NCBI GenBank assembly: GCA_018969615.1
Contig: JAGWYA010000005.1
Span: 1,286-65,285, forward strand
Origin: Patescibacteria group bacterium
GTDB taxonomy: Bacteria > Patescibacteriota > Minisyncoccia > UBA6257 > 02-FULL-45-10c
Direction: 5' to 3'
Length of the DNA stretch: 64,000 nucleotides
Below the pieces are notes generated by a model. The model was not told the origin of the DNA. It searched no databases and worked only from the letters and a program-made list of their open reading frames with translations. Shown here piece after piece: positions 54,208 to 63,661 of the stretch (position 1 is the first letter of the stretch; each line of letters begins with the position of its first letter). The translations under genes were made by a program, and so were the position numbers.

Positions 54208-55131
54208 ATGAAAAAGATCGTATGCAATGTTTGCGGTTCGGAAAAATATAAAAACCTATTTCTTGGAAGAGATAGGCTTCTTGCCATTGACTCAAAGACC
54301 TTTCAGGTTGTGAGGTGCTCGCAGTGCGGTCTGACGTATTTAAATCCTCAGCCGACTGCCGATGAGCTCCGCATTTATTACCCGGAAACGTACGGTCCCT
54401 ATGGCAATACCGGAACGATCTTCCATTATGGAGCGATGGCTGCGGCGCTTCGAAAGATCTATCACGGCATCAGATCTCTTTTCCCTCGCGCCAAGAAGAG
54501 CGTGAAAGAGGGTGGAGCAAAAGAGGATGAGCGTATTTCGTATCTTGATTTCGGTTGTGGCGGCGGACTTCAGCTTGAAGCGGTCCGAAAAGATCATCCG
54601 AACTGGGACCTTTATGGCCTCGATAATAATCCCGTTGCCTGTGAGCGAACTGAAGCAAAAGGATTCAAGGTATTTTGCGGAGAGCTTTCTGAAGTTTCCT
54701 TACCCGAAAAATTCTTTGACAGGGTAAATATGAGCCATGTCATCGAGCACGTGAACGATCCGAAGCAGACACTGGCAGTACTCGGGCGATCGATCAAGAA
54801 AGGAGGTATCATCGTGATCGCTACGCCGAACATCAGAAGCTTCTCGGCAAAAATTTTCGGTTCATATTGGTATGCCCTCGATACGCCGCGCCATCTTTTT
54901 CTTTTCAATGCAAAGACGCTCGGGAGGATATTAAAGGATGCGGGATTTACGGTAAAAAAAGTGGATTACGATAAAGGGCCGAAAGTTTTTGTTCGAAGTC
55001 TTTTTTATGTAATGGGCCGGAAAGATATGATGATCAGTCCGCTCCTTTGGAGGTCGCTTAGTCTTTTTAGCCGTTTTGCAGCTCACTTAGGCATGACCAG
55101 TATCATGACGGTCTATGCAGAAAAGGAATAA
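54208..55131 (+). CDS. class I SAM-dependent methyltransferase with an N-terminal Cys4 zinc ribbon
   Basis: CNVCGS...CSQCG. YLDFGCGGG...KKGGIIVIATPN. Confidence 0.85.
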   Translation: MKKIVCNVCGSEKYKNLFLGRDRLLAIDSKTFQVVRCSQCGLTYLNPQPTADELRIYYPETYGPYGNTGTIFHYGAMAAALRKIYHGIRSLFPRAKKSVKEGGAKEDERISYLDFGCGGGLQLEAVRKDHPNWDLYGLDNNPVACERTEAKGFKVFCGELSEVSLPEKFFDRVNMSHVIEHVNDPKQTLAVLGRSIKKGGIIVIATPNIRSFSAKIFGSYWYALDTPRHLFLFNAKTLGRILKDAGFTVKKVDYDKGPKVFVRSLFYVMGRKDMMISPLLWRSLSLFSRFAAHLGMTSIMTVYAEKE

Positions 55132-55135
55132 GGAT

Positions 55136-56401
55136 TTAGGTATTTGAGGTGCGAGCGTAAAGGAGATACACAAGAGAAGAACCGAAAAATCGCGTGGCGA
55201 TACGCGCGATCACAAGTCCTAGTAGCCCCCATCCGATGACGCCGATGACCATAGACCCGATCTGGAAAAGGGACACAGCGATATTATTGACGTATTGTTC
55301 CCGCACTTTCTTTTTTGCAATAAGATAGGACGCTGCCGGCGTGAAGATGACCGTAAGGATCGAGATCGCATAGATCTGCGAGTAGAAAACCGCCTCCATA
55401 TATTTCGGGAAGAATATTGCAAAGAAATAAGGAGCGAGAAGGATATAGAGCGCGACGAAGAGGGTACTTGAAAGCGCAAGCCAGAAGATCTTGTTCCGCA
55501 TTCCGGTCCTGACCTCTTTATCAGTCCGATCGACGAACTTTGCCTGGGTCATTGTATTGAACATATTGAGTGGTCCTTTGGTCTGGTCGGGGATGGCGGT
55601 AGCAAAGTTATAAATGGCGAGCTGGACCGGTCCGACAAAATGAAAGAGCAGTACCTGGTCGATATTGGCGGCGATTGTGCTAAGAATACCCATAGCGGAA
55701 AGATGCTTGGCGTAGGTCATCATGCCCGGGTCAGTTTTGACGTGGTCGGGTTGGTAGATCGCAGCGATGCGGCGATAGATCCAGAGCGTGGCGAGAGTGT
55801 TGCCGAGGAAGTAGACCGTGGCAAGAGTGAGCGGGTTTGGCGCAAGGAAGATCGTAATGATCAGCGCGCCGCTGGAGAGAAGTGTTTCAATGACGCCGAT
55901 ATAAAGCGCGGTGCGGCGGAAATCCTTTTTTGCGTTCAGGAATGCAGCGATAAGATTCGCGCTGGCAAGAAGTGGTGAGAGTGTTCCGCCGATAAGCACG
56001 CCATAGGCAAGAATGTGATCGCCTTGTGTGAAATAATAAGCCGCAAGGCCGAAGGCGCCGAGGAAAACAAGCACGCTCCATTTGATGTTCTGCCAGAATC
56101 CTTCATGAAGTGATCCGTCGAATCCGCTGGCGGCTGATTGGAAGACGGCAGTGCTGAGTCCGGTGAGGGAGAACGACGAGAGGAGCGCGACAACGCCGAT
56201 GATGTATTTATATTCGCCGTAGACGTCTTTGGGCAGATAGCGCGCTACGATGATCGCGAAGATAAAGACGGTGACTGAGGAGACGACTTGTCCGATGATG
56301 GCCCAAAATTGTCCGCCGGCAAGATAGATCATGTCGGTTTTGGTATAACGCTCGCTCCAGCGGAGCGCGGCGTGGGCTTTTTCTTTTGCCTTGGCGATCA
56401 T
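55136..56401 (-). CDS. Wzx-like polysaccharide-biosynthesis flippase (MOP superfamily)
   Basis: 421 aa. About 12 TM helices. Polysacc_synt-like N-terminal block ...VFIFAIIVARYLPKDVYGEY... Confidence 0.78.
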   Translation of the reverse strand: MIAKAKEKAHAALRWSERYTKTDMIYLAGGQFWAIIGQVVSSVTVFIFAIIVARYLPKDVYGEYKYIIGVVALLSSFSLTGLSTAVFQSAASGFDGSLHEGFWQNIKWSVLVFLGAFGLAAYYFTQGDHILAYGVLIGGTLSPLLASANLIAAFLNAKKDFRRTALYIGVIETLLSSGALIITIFLAPNPLTLATVYFLGNTLATLWIYRRIAAIYQPDHVKTDPGMMTYAKHLSAMGILSTIAANIDQVLLFHFVGPVQLAIYNFATAIPDQTKGPLNMFNTMTQAKFVDRTDKEVRTGMRNKIFWLALSSTLFVALYILLAPYFFAIFFPKYMEAVFYSQIYAISILTVIFTPAASYLIAKKKVREQYVNNIAVSLFQIGSMVIGVIGWGLLGLVIARIATRFFGSSLVYLLYARTSNT

Positions 56402-56455
56402 ATTATTGGAACGTTTTTTATAGGCGGAAAGTATCGGGAGACATTGCCTTTCGCC

Positions 56456-58756
56456 ATGAGTAAAAAGGGAGTATACTTATGGGATTATCGCATGAAGGCT
56501 GCGGACTCACAACGACCGCACATGCGTGCTACACAAAGTATGAGTACTGATTCGATCAGAAAATGGCTTGAGAAAGCGATCAAGTGGTCGCTGCTCGTGG
56601 TTCCGTTCATTCCGCTGTACATCGCCCCGGCGCTTTTCTTTCCGTATATCACCGGGAAGGCGTTCGCGTTCCGTGCGATCGTAGAGATCGTGTTCTTCGC
56701 CTGGGTGTTTTTGGCGATCCTCTATAAGGAATATCGCCCGAAATGGGATGCAGTTGCGGTCGCGATCGCGGTATGGCTTGGCGTGGTAAGTCTCGCGGCC
56801 ATGTTCGGGATCAACCCGGTCCGGAGCTTCTGGTCAAACTTCGAGCGCATGGAGGGTGTGGCGACCTATATTCATCTTTTTGCCTACTTCCTGGTCATTG
56901 CCTCAGTGCTGAAGAAAAAGGATTGGACTTGGTTTTTCAATGCGTTCCTGATCGGCGGGTTCTTTGAGAACGTCTACGTACTGCTCCAGTGGGCCGGTTT
57001 GCTTTCCTCGCCGCAGGGCGGGTTTCGTGCGGACGGAACGATCGGAAATCCGGAATATGTTGCGGCTTACCTGATCTTCATCGCCGCGATCGCAGCGATC
57101 ATGTGGCTGAAGACGGATCATGCCCAGAAAACGCTCCGAGCGTTGTATCTGACGATGGGTTTGTGGACGCTCGCCTCGATCTATTTCACCGTGAGCCGCG
57201 GTCCGGTGATCGGTTTGATCGGCGGTGCATTCTGTGCCGGTGCTCTGTATCTGATCTTGAAGCGCCCGCAGACCGTCCGTGAGAAAGTGGTTTATAAAAT
57301 GACCGCCGGCATTGTCGGCCTTATGATCGTTGTGCCGATGTCGCTGTGGCTGATGCGCGGTATGCCGTTCATTAAGAACAGCCAGTCGTTGAGCCGTTTG
57401 ACCTCTTATTCGTTCACCGACGGCACGGTTGCCGCGCGTTTGACGATCTGGGGGATGAGCTTGCAGGGAGTGCGGGAACGTCCGCTGCTGGGCTGGGGTC
57501 CGGAGAACTATATCACGGTCTTTTCACGCTATTATCAGCCGAGTATGTATTCGCAGGAGCCGTGGTTCGACCGGTCGCATAATATCGTCTTTGACTGGCT
57601 GATCAACGCCGGTATTCTCGGCCTTGCGTCCTATTTGAGCCTCTTCGGCGCCGCGTTCTATCTGCTGATCCGCGCGATGCGGAAGCGTCCCGAGCTTCTC
57701 GAGGAGGGACTGCTGATCTTCGCCGTGTTCCTGGCGTACTTCTTCCAGAATTTGTTCGTGTTCGATAACCTTGCGACCTATATCTGCTTCTTCGCCTTTT
57801 TGGCATACATCGCTTCGATCGGCCGGGATGATTTTGCCAGTGAAACGGTGGTGTCCCGCACAGAACAGCCGAGCGAGGAGTTGCTGACCATTGCCGCGAT
57901 CGGTTCGGTGCTGGTGTTTCTGGGAGTGTTCTATTTTATGATCTGGAGTCCGCTGATGGCGAACTACGATCTGCTGGCGGCATTGAAGGCTCAGGCGACG
58001 CCGGGCGCGGATGCGCAGACGGTTTTGAATGATTTCACCGCGGCGCTCTCGTGGAGCCCGATGGGCAAGCAGGAGATCCGTGAGCAGTTCTCGAGCTTTG
58101 CGCAGAATATTGTGCCGGCGACCAGCGTGGCATCGTCGACGAAAGATGAGGTGGTCCGGCAGGCGCTGGCGGAAGATCAAAAGAGCGTCATGGAGAACCC
58201 GACGGATCCGCGCGTGTATCTGGTGCTGGGCAGCTTGTATGATACGGTAGGACAGTATGACCAGGCGATCGCGATCTTCCAGAAAGCGAAAGTCCTTTCG
58301 CCGGAAAAGCAGCAGATCGATTTTGAGATCGCTGACGCCTACTTTAAGATGAACGACTACACGGATGCGATCACGCTGTTGGAAAAGACATTAGCCGAGG
58401 CGCCGGACTTCAGTGAGGCGCGCATGAATCTGGTGGCGGCATACATATTGAGCGGACAGCAAAGCCAGGCGGACCAGCTTCTGATGGAGGGGTACGGGAC
58501 GGTCAATGTCTCGGATACGCTGCTCGCGCAGGTGTATTCGAAGGTGAAGGATTATAACCGTTTGGTAGGCGTGTGGCAGGCGTTCGTGAAGAATAACCCG
58601 CAGAACCTCGATTATCGCAAGAACCTTGCCGGCGCATATCTTCTGGTAGGGAATCGGCCGCAGGCGGCAGCTGTTTTGCAGCAGGCGATCGTTGATTTTC
58701 CGAGTTTCCAGGCTGAGGGCCAGGCCTACATTTCACAGATCACCGCAGGACAATAA
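56456..58756 (+). CDS. O-antigen-ligase/polymerase-like membrane protein (Wzy_C/O-antigen ligase domain) with C-terminal TPR repeats
   Basis: Polytopic N-terminal half. A conserved periplasmic loop ...ERPLLGWGPENY.... C-terminal TPR-like repeats (…AIAIFQKAKVLSPE…AITLLEKTLAEAPD…). Start chosen at ATG 56456, which overlaps the end of the minus-strand flippase gene. Alternative starts at 56492 and 56522. Confidence 0.78.
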   Translation: MSKKGVYLWDYRMKAADSQRPHMRATQSMSTDSIRKWLEKAIKWSLLVVPFIPLYIAPALFFPYITGKAFAFRAIVEIVFFAWVFLAILYKEYRPKWDAVAVAIAVWLGVVSLAAMFGINPVRSFWSNFERMEGVATYIHLFAYFLVIASVLKKKDWTWFFNAFLIGGFFENVYVLLQWAGLLSSPQGGFRADGTIGNPEYVAAYLIFIAAIAAIMWLKTDHAQKTLRALYLTMGLWTLASIYFTVSRGPVIGLIGGAFCAGALYLILKRPQTVREKVVYKMTAGIVGLMIVVPMSLWLMRGMPFIKNSQSLSRLTSYSFTDGTVAARLTIWGMSLQGVRERPLLGWGPENYITVFSRYYQPSMYSQEPWFDRSHNIVFDWLINAGILGLASYLSLFGAAFYLLIRAMRKRPELLEEGLLIFAVFLAYFFQNLFVFDNLATYICFFAFLAYIASIGRDDFASETVVSRTEQPSEELLTIAAIGSVLVFLGVFYFMIWSPLMANYDLLAALKAQATPGADAQTVLNDFTAALSWSPMGKQEIREQFSSFAQNIVPATSVASSTKDEVVRQALAEDQKSVMENPTDPRVYLVLGSLYDTVGQYDQAIAIFQKAKVLSPEKQQIDFEIADAYFKMNDYTDAITLLEKTLAEAPDFSEARMNLVAAYILSGQQSQADQLLMEGYGTVNVSDTLLAQVYSKVKDYNRLVGVWQAFVKNNPQNLDYRKNLAGAYLLVGNRPQAAAVLQQAIVDFPSFQAEGQAYISQITAGQ

Positions 58757-58862
58757 GAATATAGTGAGTAGAAAGTAGTCCGTAAGCAGTAAAGAGTAAT
58801 TCATAAAAATATACGGCAAAATTCCCCGCAAAAACGGGGAATTTTTGTAGGCCTAAAAACTA

Positions 58863-58891
58863 TTGACCTATTTAGAAATGTGTGATATATT
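58863..58891 (+). promoter_or_regulatory. sigma-70 promoter (TTGACC-17-TATATT) upstream of the sigma-r4 protein gene
   Basis: -35 at 58863-58868 and -10 at 58886-58891. A terminator (AAATTCCCCG...CGGGGAATTT) lies just upstream at ~58820-58848. Confidence 0.6.
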
Positions 58892-58907
58892 ATGCTTAAT
58901 AAAAAAT

Positions 58908-59954
58908 ATGAGTATTTCCGTAGCAAAATTGGTCTCGCGATTGCTCAATAAACTCGATGCCCGCCAGCGTGCGGTGATCGAAGGTCGCTACGGTTTGAAG
59001 GATGGTGCTCCGAAGACCCTCGCCGAGATCGGTGAAGGCATGAACGTAACCCGTGAGCGTGTCCGTCAGATCGAAGCCAGCGCATTGACCAGCCTGAAGC
59101 CGTCGCTTAAGGAAGCTGACGTGCGCGCTTTTGTGGATACCGTGAAGGCCCACCTTAAGAACGTCGGCGGGCTCCGCCGCGAGGATATGCTGCTCGTTGA
59201 CCTCAAGATGATGGTCGCGGACGGTACGATCGCGCAGTTCGGGAACAAGGTTCATTTCTTGCTCGATGTGTCCGGCGATATGAAATATCTTCCGGAGGAT
59301 TCGGTGAGCTTTGGATTTTGGTATCTCTCGGAAGAGGACCGCAAGAAAGCGAACGCGTTCATCGCGAAGCTGGTGAAAGCGATGGAAGCGAAGCGCGATA
59401 CGGTGGTATCGCATCAGAACATCGACAAGGTGTTCGGCGATGCGCTCAAGCCGCATAACCTGAAAGATCTCGTGGCGCTGAACTATATTTCGTCCTCGAA
59501 GCATTTCCATGTGAACTCGTACGGCGACTTCGGACTTGCGGCATGGCCTGAAGTGAACCCGAAGACGGTGCGCGATTGGGCGTATCTCGTCCTGAAGAAG
59601 AACGGCACCCCGTTGCACTTCGGCGACATCGCTTCGACGATCAATACGGTTCGCAAGGACACGAAGAAAGCCGCGCACATGCAGACGGTTCACAATGAGC
59701 TCATCAAGGATAACCGGTTCGTGCTCGTCGGCCGCGGCATGTATTCGCTCAAGGAGTTCGGTGTGATGCCGGGCACTGCGCGCGAAGTGATGGCGCGTCT
59801 TTTGAAGGATCACGGCCCGCTGAGCCCGGATGAACTGCTCAATTTGGTCTTGAACGAACGCTTGCTCAAGAAGAACACGGTACTCATCAATCTGCGCAAC
59901 CGGAAGTACTTCAAGCGCCTCGATGACGGCAAGTATACGGTGAACTTCGCATAG
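58908..59954 (+). CDS. protein with an N-terminal sigma-70 region-4-like HTH domain and a ~290-aa C-terminal domain of unknown function
   Basis: LDARQRAVIEGRYGLKDGAPKTLAEIGEGMNVTRERVRQIEASALTSLK is a classic sigma-70 r4 helix-turn-helix. Start trimmed to MSISVAKL (58908). Confidence 0.7.
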   Translation: MSISVAKLVSRLLNKLDARQRAVIEGRYGLKDGAPKTLAEIGEGMNVTRERVRQIEASALTSLKPSLKEADVRAFVDTVKAHLKNVGGLRREDMLLVDLKMMVADGTIAQFGNKVHFLLDVSGDMKYLPEDSVSFGFWYLSEEDRKKANAFIAKLVKAMEAKRDTVVSHQNIDKVFGDALKPHNLKDLVALNYISSSKHFHVNSYGDFGLAAWPEVNPKTVRDWAYLVLKKNGTPLHFGDIASTINTVRKDTKKAAHMQTVHNELIKDNRFVLVGRGMYSLKEFGVMPGTAREVMARLLKDHGPLSPDELLNLVLNERLLKKNTVLINLRNRKYFKRLDDGKYTVNFA

Positions 59955-59959
59955 CAGAC

Positions 59960-59981
59960 AAAAGGCGCTTCGGCGCCTTTT
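59960..59981 (+). terminator. rho-independent terminator
   Basis: AAAAGGCGC-ttcg-GCGCCTTTT. Confidence 0.75.
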
Positions 59982-60023
59982 CAGTGATTTCGTTCTTTTA
60001 TTCATTCGAATTACAATAGAGAT

Positions 60024-61325
60024 ATGGTCTTCGATTGGAACACAGTCATTCTCGGCATTCTCGGCTCCGCCTGGCGGGTCTTTCTGGTCAGCTGGTGGAT
60101 CGTCGTCCCGCTCGCCCTCTTTTTCATTTGGAGGGATTTTTGGTTGTGGGGGAAGAACCAGCTGTGGAAGCGCGGCCTTCAGTGGACGCTCTTGGAGATC
60201 AAGATCCCGCGGAACATTTTGAAAACGCCGAAGGCGATGGAGAATATTTTTTCCACACTGCATGCGCTGTATGCGACCGACCCGGGATTTGAGGACCGGT
60301 ATTTTAAAGGACAGGACCTCCAATGGTTCAGCTGTGAGATCGTCGGTATCGCCGGCGGCGTTCATTTTTTCATTCGAACCCCGAAGTCCCACCGGAACCT
60401 GGTGGAGAATTCGATCTATTCCGAATATCCTGACGCTGAGATCGCGGAAGTGGAGGACTATGTCGAGCTGATGCCGCAGATCCTTCCGAATGCGGTGTAC
60501 GATCTTTTCGGGACTGATTTTATTTTGGCGAAGCCGGACCCATATCCGATCAAGACGTACGAGTTCTTTGAAGCGAATGTGGACGAGCAGCGGTTGGACC
60601 CGATCTCGGCGGTCACCGAGGTTATGTCGCGTCTCCGCGAAGGGGAGTCGATCTGGATCCAGTATCTCGTGAAGCCGATCTCGTCGGATAAATTGAAGGC
60701 GGAAGGCGAGGCGATCCGAGACAAGGTCATGCAGCGCAAGAAACCGCCGGCGCCGAAGACCGGCCTGGACGCCCTGATCAGCGGCCTGGGCGAATTTATC
60801 TTTAACCTGTTCCATGCGCCGCGAACCTATCCGCAGTGGGGCGGTGCACCGAAGAAAGACGACGCAGTGAAGATGTCCCAGTTGTCTCCGGGCGAACGGA
60901 ACATCCTCGAAGCGGTGGAGCAGAAGATCTCAAAGCTGTGCTTTGAGACCGTGGTGCGCTTTGTATATCTGGACCGCGCCGACAGTTTTTCGCCGGCGAA
61001 CGTTGCCGCGGTGAACGGCGCGCTCAAGCAGTTCAACACGCAGGATATGAACTCATTCCGCCCGCTCGGCGATACGATGACGCTGGTGACATCCAAAAAA
61101 CTGACGACCAAGAGCTGGTTCCGCAAGAATAAGCTGTATCTGCGGAAGCGGAGGATGTATGACCGGTATCGGTTGCGCTGGTTCCCGCAAAAAGCGTCGA
61201 TCCTCAATACCGAGGAGCTCGCAACACTGTTCCACTTCCCGATCGTATCGGTCGAATCGCCGATGCTGCGCCGTCTCGAAACGCGCAAGGGTGAACCGCC
61301 GCCGAACATTCCGTTCAGCTCTTAG
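60024..61325 (+). CDS. membrane protein (two N-terminal TM helices plus a large cytoplasmic domain), genetically linked to the downstream TraD/VirD4-like ATPase
   Basis: ILGILGSAWRVFLVSWWIVVPLALFFIW TM region, then a 380-aa hydrophilic domain. The C-terminal basic stretch RKNKLYLRKRRMYDRYRLRW. Confidence 0.65.
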   Translation: MVFDWNTVILGILGSAWRVFLVSWWIVVPLALFFIWRDFWLWGKNQLWKRGLQWTLLEIKIPRNILKTPKAMENIFSTLHALYATDPGFEDRYFKGQDLQWFSCEIVGIAGGVHFFIRTPKSHRNLVENSIYSEYPDAEIAEVEDYVELMPQILPNAVYDLFGTDFILAKPDPYPIKTYEFFEANVDEQRLDPISAVTEVMSRLREGESIWIQYLVKPISSDKLKAEGEAIRDKVMQRKKPPAPKTGLDALISGLGEFIFNLFHAPRTYPQWGGAPKKDDAVKMSQLSPGERNILEAVEQKISKLCFETVVRFVYLDRADSFSPANVAAVNGALKQFNTQDMNSFRPLGDTMTLVTSKKLTTKSWFRKNKLYLRKRRMYDRYRLRWFPQKASILNTEELATLFHFPIVSVESPMLRRLETRKGEPPPNIPFSS

Positions 61326-61368
61326 CATTCACATTCGACTTTCGACATTCGACTAACGACTTTTACTC
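61326..61368 (+). repeat. intergenic heptamer tract: CATTCAC ATTCGAC TTTCGAC ATTCGAC TAACGAC TTTTAC
   Basis: Direct reading. Same family as 8362-8396. Confidence 0.8.
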
Positions 61369-61370
61369 CT

Positions 61371-63137
61371 ATGGCTCTTGAACAAAACGACATTACTCCG
61401 TTCGGCATCATAAACTTCCGCAATCAGCGGAAGGAATTCGGCATCAAGATGGATGACCGCCGCCGCCACATGTACGTGGTCGGAAAGACCGGTATGGGCA
61501 AGTCCAACCTGCTGGAGAACATGGTGATCGCCGATGTCCGGGCAGGCAAAGGCGTCGCCGTGATCGATCCGCACGGTGAGTTTGCGGAGAAGATCCTGGA
61601 TTATATCCCGGAGAACCGCATTGACGATGTGGTGTATTTCAATCCGTCGGATACGAAATATCCGGTTGCGTTCAATCCGCTGGAGCAGGTGAGCCCGGAG
61701 TTCCGCCACTTGGTGGCCTCGGGCATTATGGGTGTGTTCAAGAAGATCTGGGTGGACGCCTGGTCCGGCCGTATGGAATATATCTTGAACAACACGCTGC
61801 TCGCGCTTTTAGAATCGCCGGGCTCCACGCTCCTCGGGATCATGCGCATGCTGAATGATGCGAAATACCGCAAGGCCGTCGTCGATAACCTGAAGGACCC
61901 GGTCGTGAAGGGCTTCTGGGTGAACGAGTTCGGCAAGTGGAACGAGAAGTTCCAAACCGAAGCGACCGCCGCCATTCAGAACAAGGTCGGTCAGTTCGTG
62001 ACCAATCCGCTGATTCGCAACATTCTCGGCCAGGCGCATTCGTCGCTTGATCCGCGCAAAGTGATGGACGAGGGGAAGATACTGATCGTGAACCTTTCGA
62101 AGGGCCGCATCGGCGAGGATAACTCGGCGCTGCTCGGCGCGATGATGATCACGAAGCTTCAGCTCGCCGCGATGTCCCGCGTGGATGTGCCGGAAAAGGA
62201 CCGCCGTGATTTCTATCTCTACGTCGACGAGTTCCAGAACTTTGCGACCGATTCGTTTGCGAACATTCTGTCCGAGGCCCGCAAATACCATCTGTGCCTG
62301 ATCGTCGCGCATCAGTACATCGGCCAGCTGACCCATGATTCGAACACGCGCGTGCGCGATGCGATCTTCGGTAACGTCGGTACGATGGTGGTGTTCCGCG
62401 TCGGCGCGGAGGACGCCGAGTTCCTGGAGAAAGAGTTCCAGCCGGACTTTATGGCTGCCGATTTCGTCGGCCTTCCGAAATATAATTTCTATACCAAGCT
62501 GCTCATTGACGGCGTGTCATCGCGCCCGTTCTCCGCATCGAGCATTCCGCCGTATCAGCGCGGAGAAACGATCTATACCGACGTGATCATCGAGAACAGC
62601 CGCCGCGTGTACGGGACGACGAAAGAAATGGTGGAAGAGAAGATCGCGACCGAATGGCTTTCATCGAGCAGTGATGTCGTTGAAGGGAAGGTAGCGCGCC
62701 GCGGCGAGCGCCCGCTGTCATCCGTCTTGAAGCCGCGCACCGACGCGCCGCGGAGAGGCGATCAGTTTGAACCGCGCCGTGACCGTCCGCAGGGAAGACC
62801 TGAGGGAATGTCGCAGGCTTCGCGCGGACCATCTCGTGGTGAGCATGCCGAACCACGCCCTGATCGTATGCCGCCGAGACAAGAACAGCCGCGCCCGCAG
62901 CCGGCAGCGCCGCGTTCTGAAGAGCTCCGCCCTGAACCGCAAAAACCCGCAGCTGGCCTGCCGCTTCCGCCGCGCCCTCCGCGTCCGGAAGGTCCGCGTC
63001 CCGAAAAGAAGAAAGTGAACATCGACGATCTTCGTGCCGCGCTTGAGCGTTCATTGAACGCCGCCAGCGCCGCGAAAGAACCCGAGCCCGATGAGCTTGA
63101 TCCCTCCCAGCTCGACGAAGTCCAGGACAGCGAATAA
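61371..63137 (+). CDS. TraD/VirD4/TrwB-like type IV secretion coupling-protein ATPase (DUF87/T4SS DNA-transfer family) with a Pro/Arg/Glu-rich disordered acidic C-terminal tail
   Basis: Walker A VVGKTGMGKSNLL. Walker B FYLYVDEFQNF. LIVAHQ motif. An ~150-aa low-complexity tail ending in an acidic stretch (…EPEPDELDPSQLDEVQDSE). Confidence 0.78.
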   Translation: MALEQNDITPFGIINFRNQRKEFGIKMDDRRRHMYVVGKTGMGKSNLLENMVIADVRAGKGVAVIDPHGEFAEKILDYIPENRIDDVVYFNPSDTKYPVAFNPLEQVSPEFRHLVASGIMGVFKKIWVDAWSGRMEYILNNTLLALLESPGSTLLGIMRMLNDAKYRKAVVDNLKDPVVKGFWVNEFGKWNEKFQTEATAAIQNKVGQFVTNPLIRNILGQAHSSLDPRKVMDEGKILIVNLSKGRIGEDNSALLGAMMITKLQLAAMSRVDVPEKDRRDFYLYVDEFQNFATDSFANILSEARKYHLCLIVAHQYIGQLTHDSNTRVRDAIFGNVGTMVVFRVGAEDAEFLEKEFQPDFMAADFVGLPKYNFYTKLLIDGVSSRPFSASSIPPYQRGETIYTDVIIENSRRVYGTTKEMVEEKIATEWLSSSSDVVEGKVARRGERPLSSVLKPRTDAPRRGDQFEPRRDRPQGRPEGMSQASRGPSRGEHAEPRPDRMPPRQEQPRPQPAAPRSEELRPEPQKPAAGLPLPPRPPRPEGPRPEKKKVNIDDLRAALERSLNAASAAKEPEPDELDPSQLDEVQDSE

Positions 63138-63145
63138 GAAAAACA

Positions 63146-63170
63146 AAAACGGCCCTAGCGGGGCCGTTTT
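63146..63170. terminator. bidirectional terminator between convergent genes
   Basis: AAAACGGCCC-tagcg-GGGCCGTTTT. Confidence 0.75.
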
Positions 63171-63661
63171 GCAAGTTCGCTATTGGAAAGCGATCCGGTG
63201 ATCTCCGCCATAATGGGGAGGAACGGCGGAAGAGCGATCTTCTGGTTCTTGTTCTTCATTTCGAGCTCGAGGATCGCAAGTCCTTCGATACGGCGCGGAA
63301 GGCGGAACACGTCCAGTTCGAACTCTTGTTTTTTATACCGCACATAAAAACGGATCTTCTCGATCACATCTCGGCTCGGATCCTTCCGGGAGGCGAGTCG
63401 GGTGTATTCTTTTTTTGAGATCTCGCGCTCGCGTTCAACCCGCACCCGCGGATCCCGGGTCAGCTCCTTTTCAGTATAGAAAAAAGCGGTTTCGCCGGTT
63501 TTCCAGTCGAAGACCGACCGGATCCTCGCGTTGCCGATCCGGGGTTTCTTTTTCAGATAGGTCTGTTTTGCCGTGCAGATCTTCACGGTTGCTTTCGCGA
63601 ACGCAGGATTGTCGGCAAATCCCTGCCGGACAAGGAAGCGCCGTTCAATTTCAAATGCCAT
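63155..63661 (-). CDS. CYTH-domain protein (class IV adenylate cyclase / triphosphate tunnel metalloenzyme family)
   Basis: N-terminal EIERRFLV signature (ExExK-type). ~170 aa. Confidence 0.82.
   Translation of the reverse strand: MAFEIERRFLVRQGFADNPAFAKATVKICTAKQTYLKKKPRIGNARIRSVFDWKTGETAFFYTEKELTRDPRVRVEREREISKKEYTRLASRKDPSRDVIEKIRFYVRYKKQEFELDVFRLPRRIEGLAILELEMKNKNQKIALPPFLPIMAEITGSLSNSELAKRPR

Noticed and set aside
58896-60815. 639-aa ORF on the minus strand
   Set aside because: It is antisense to two well-supported plus-strand genes: the sigma-70 r4 protein and the membrane protein. It is Arg-rich and low-complexity, which is typical of spurious antisense ORFs in GC-rich coding DNA. 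It has no start context and no motifs.
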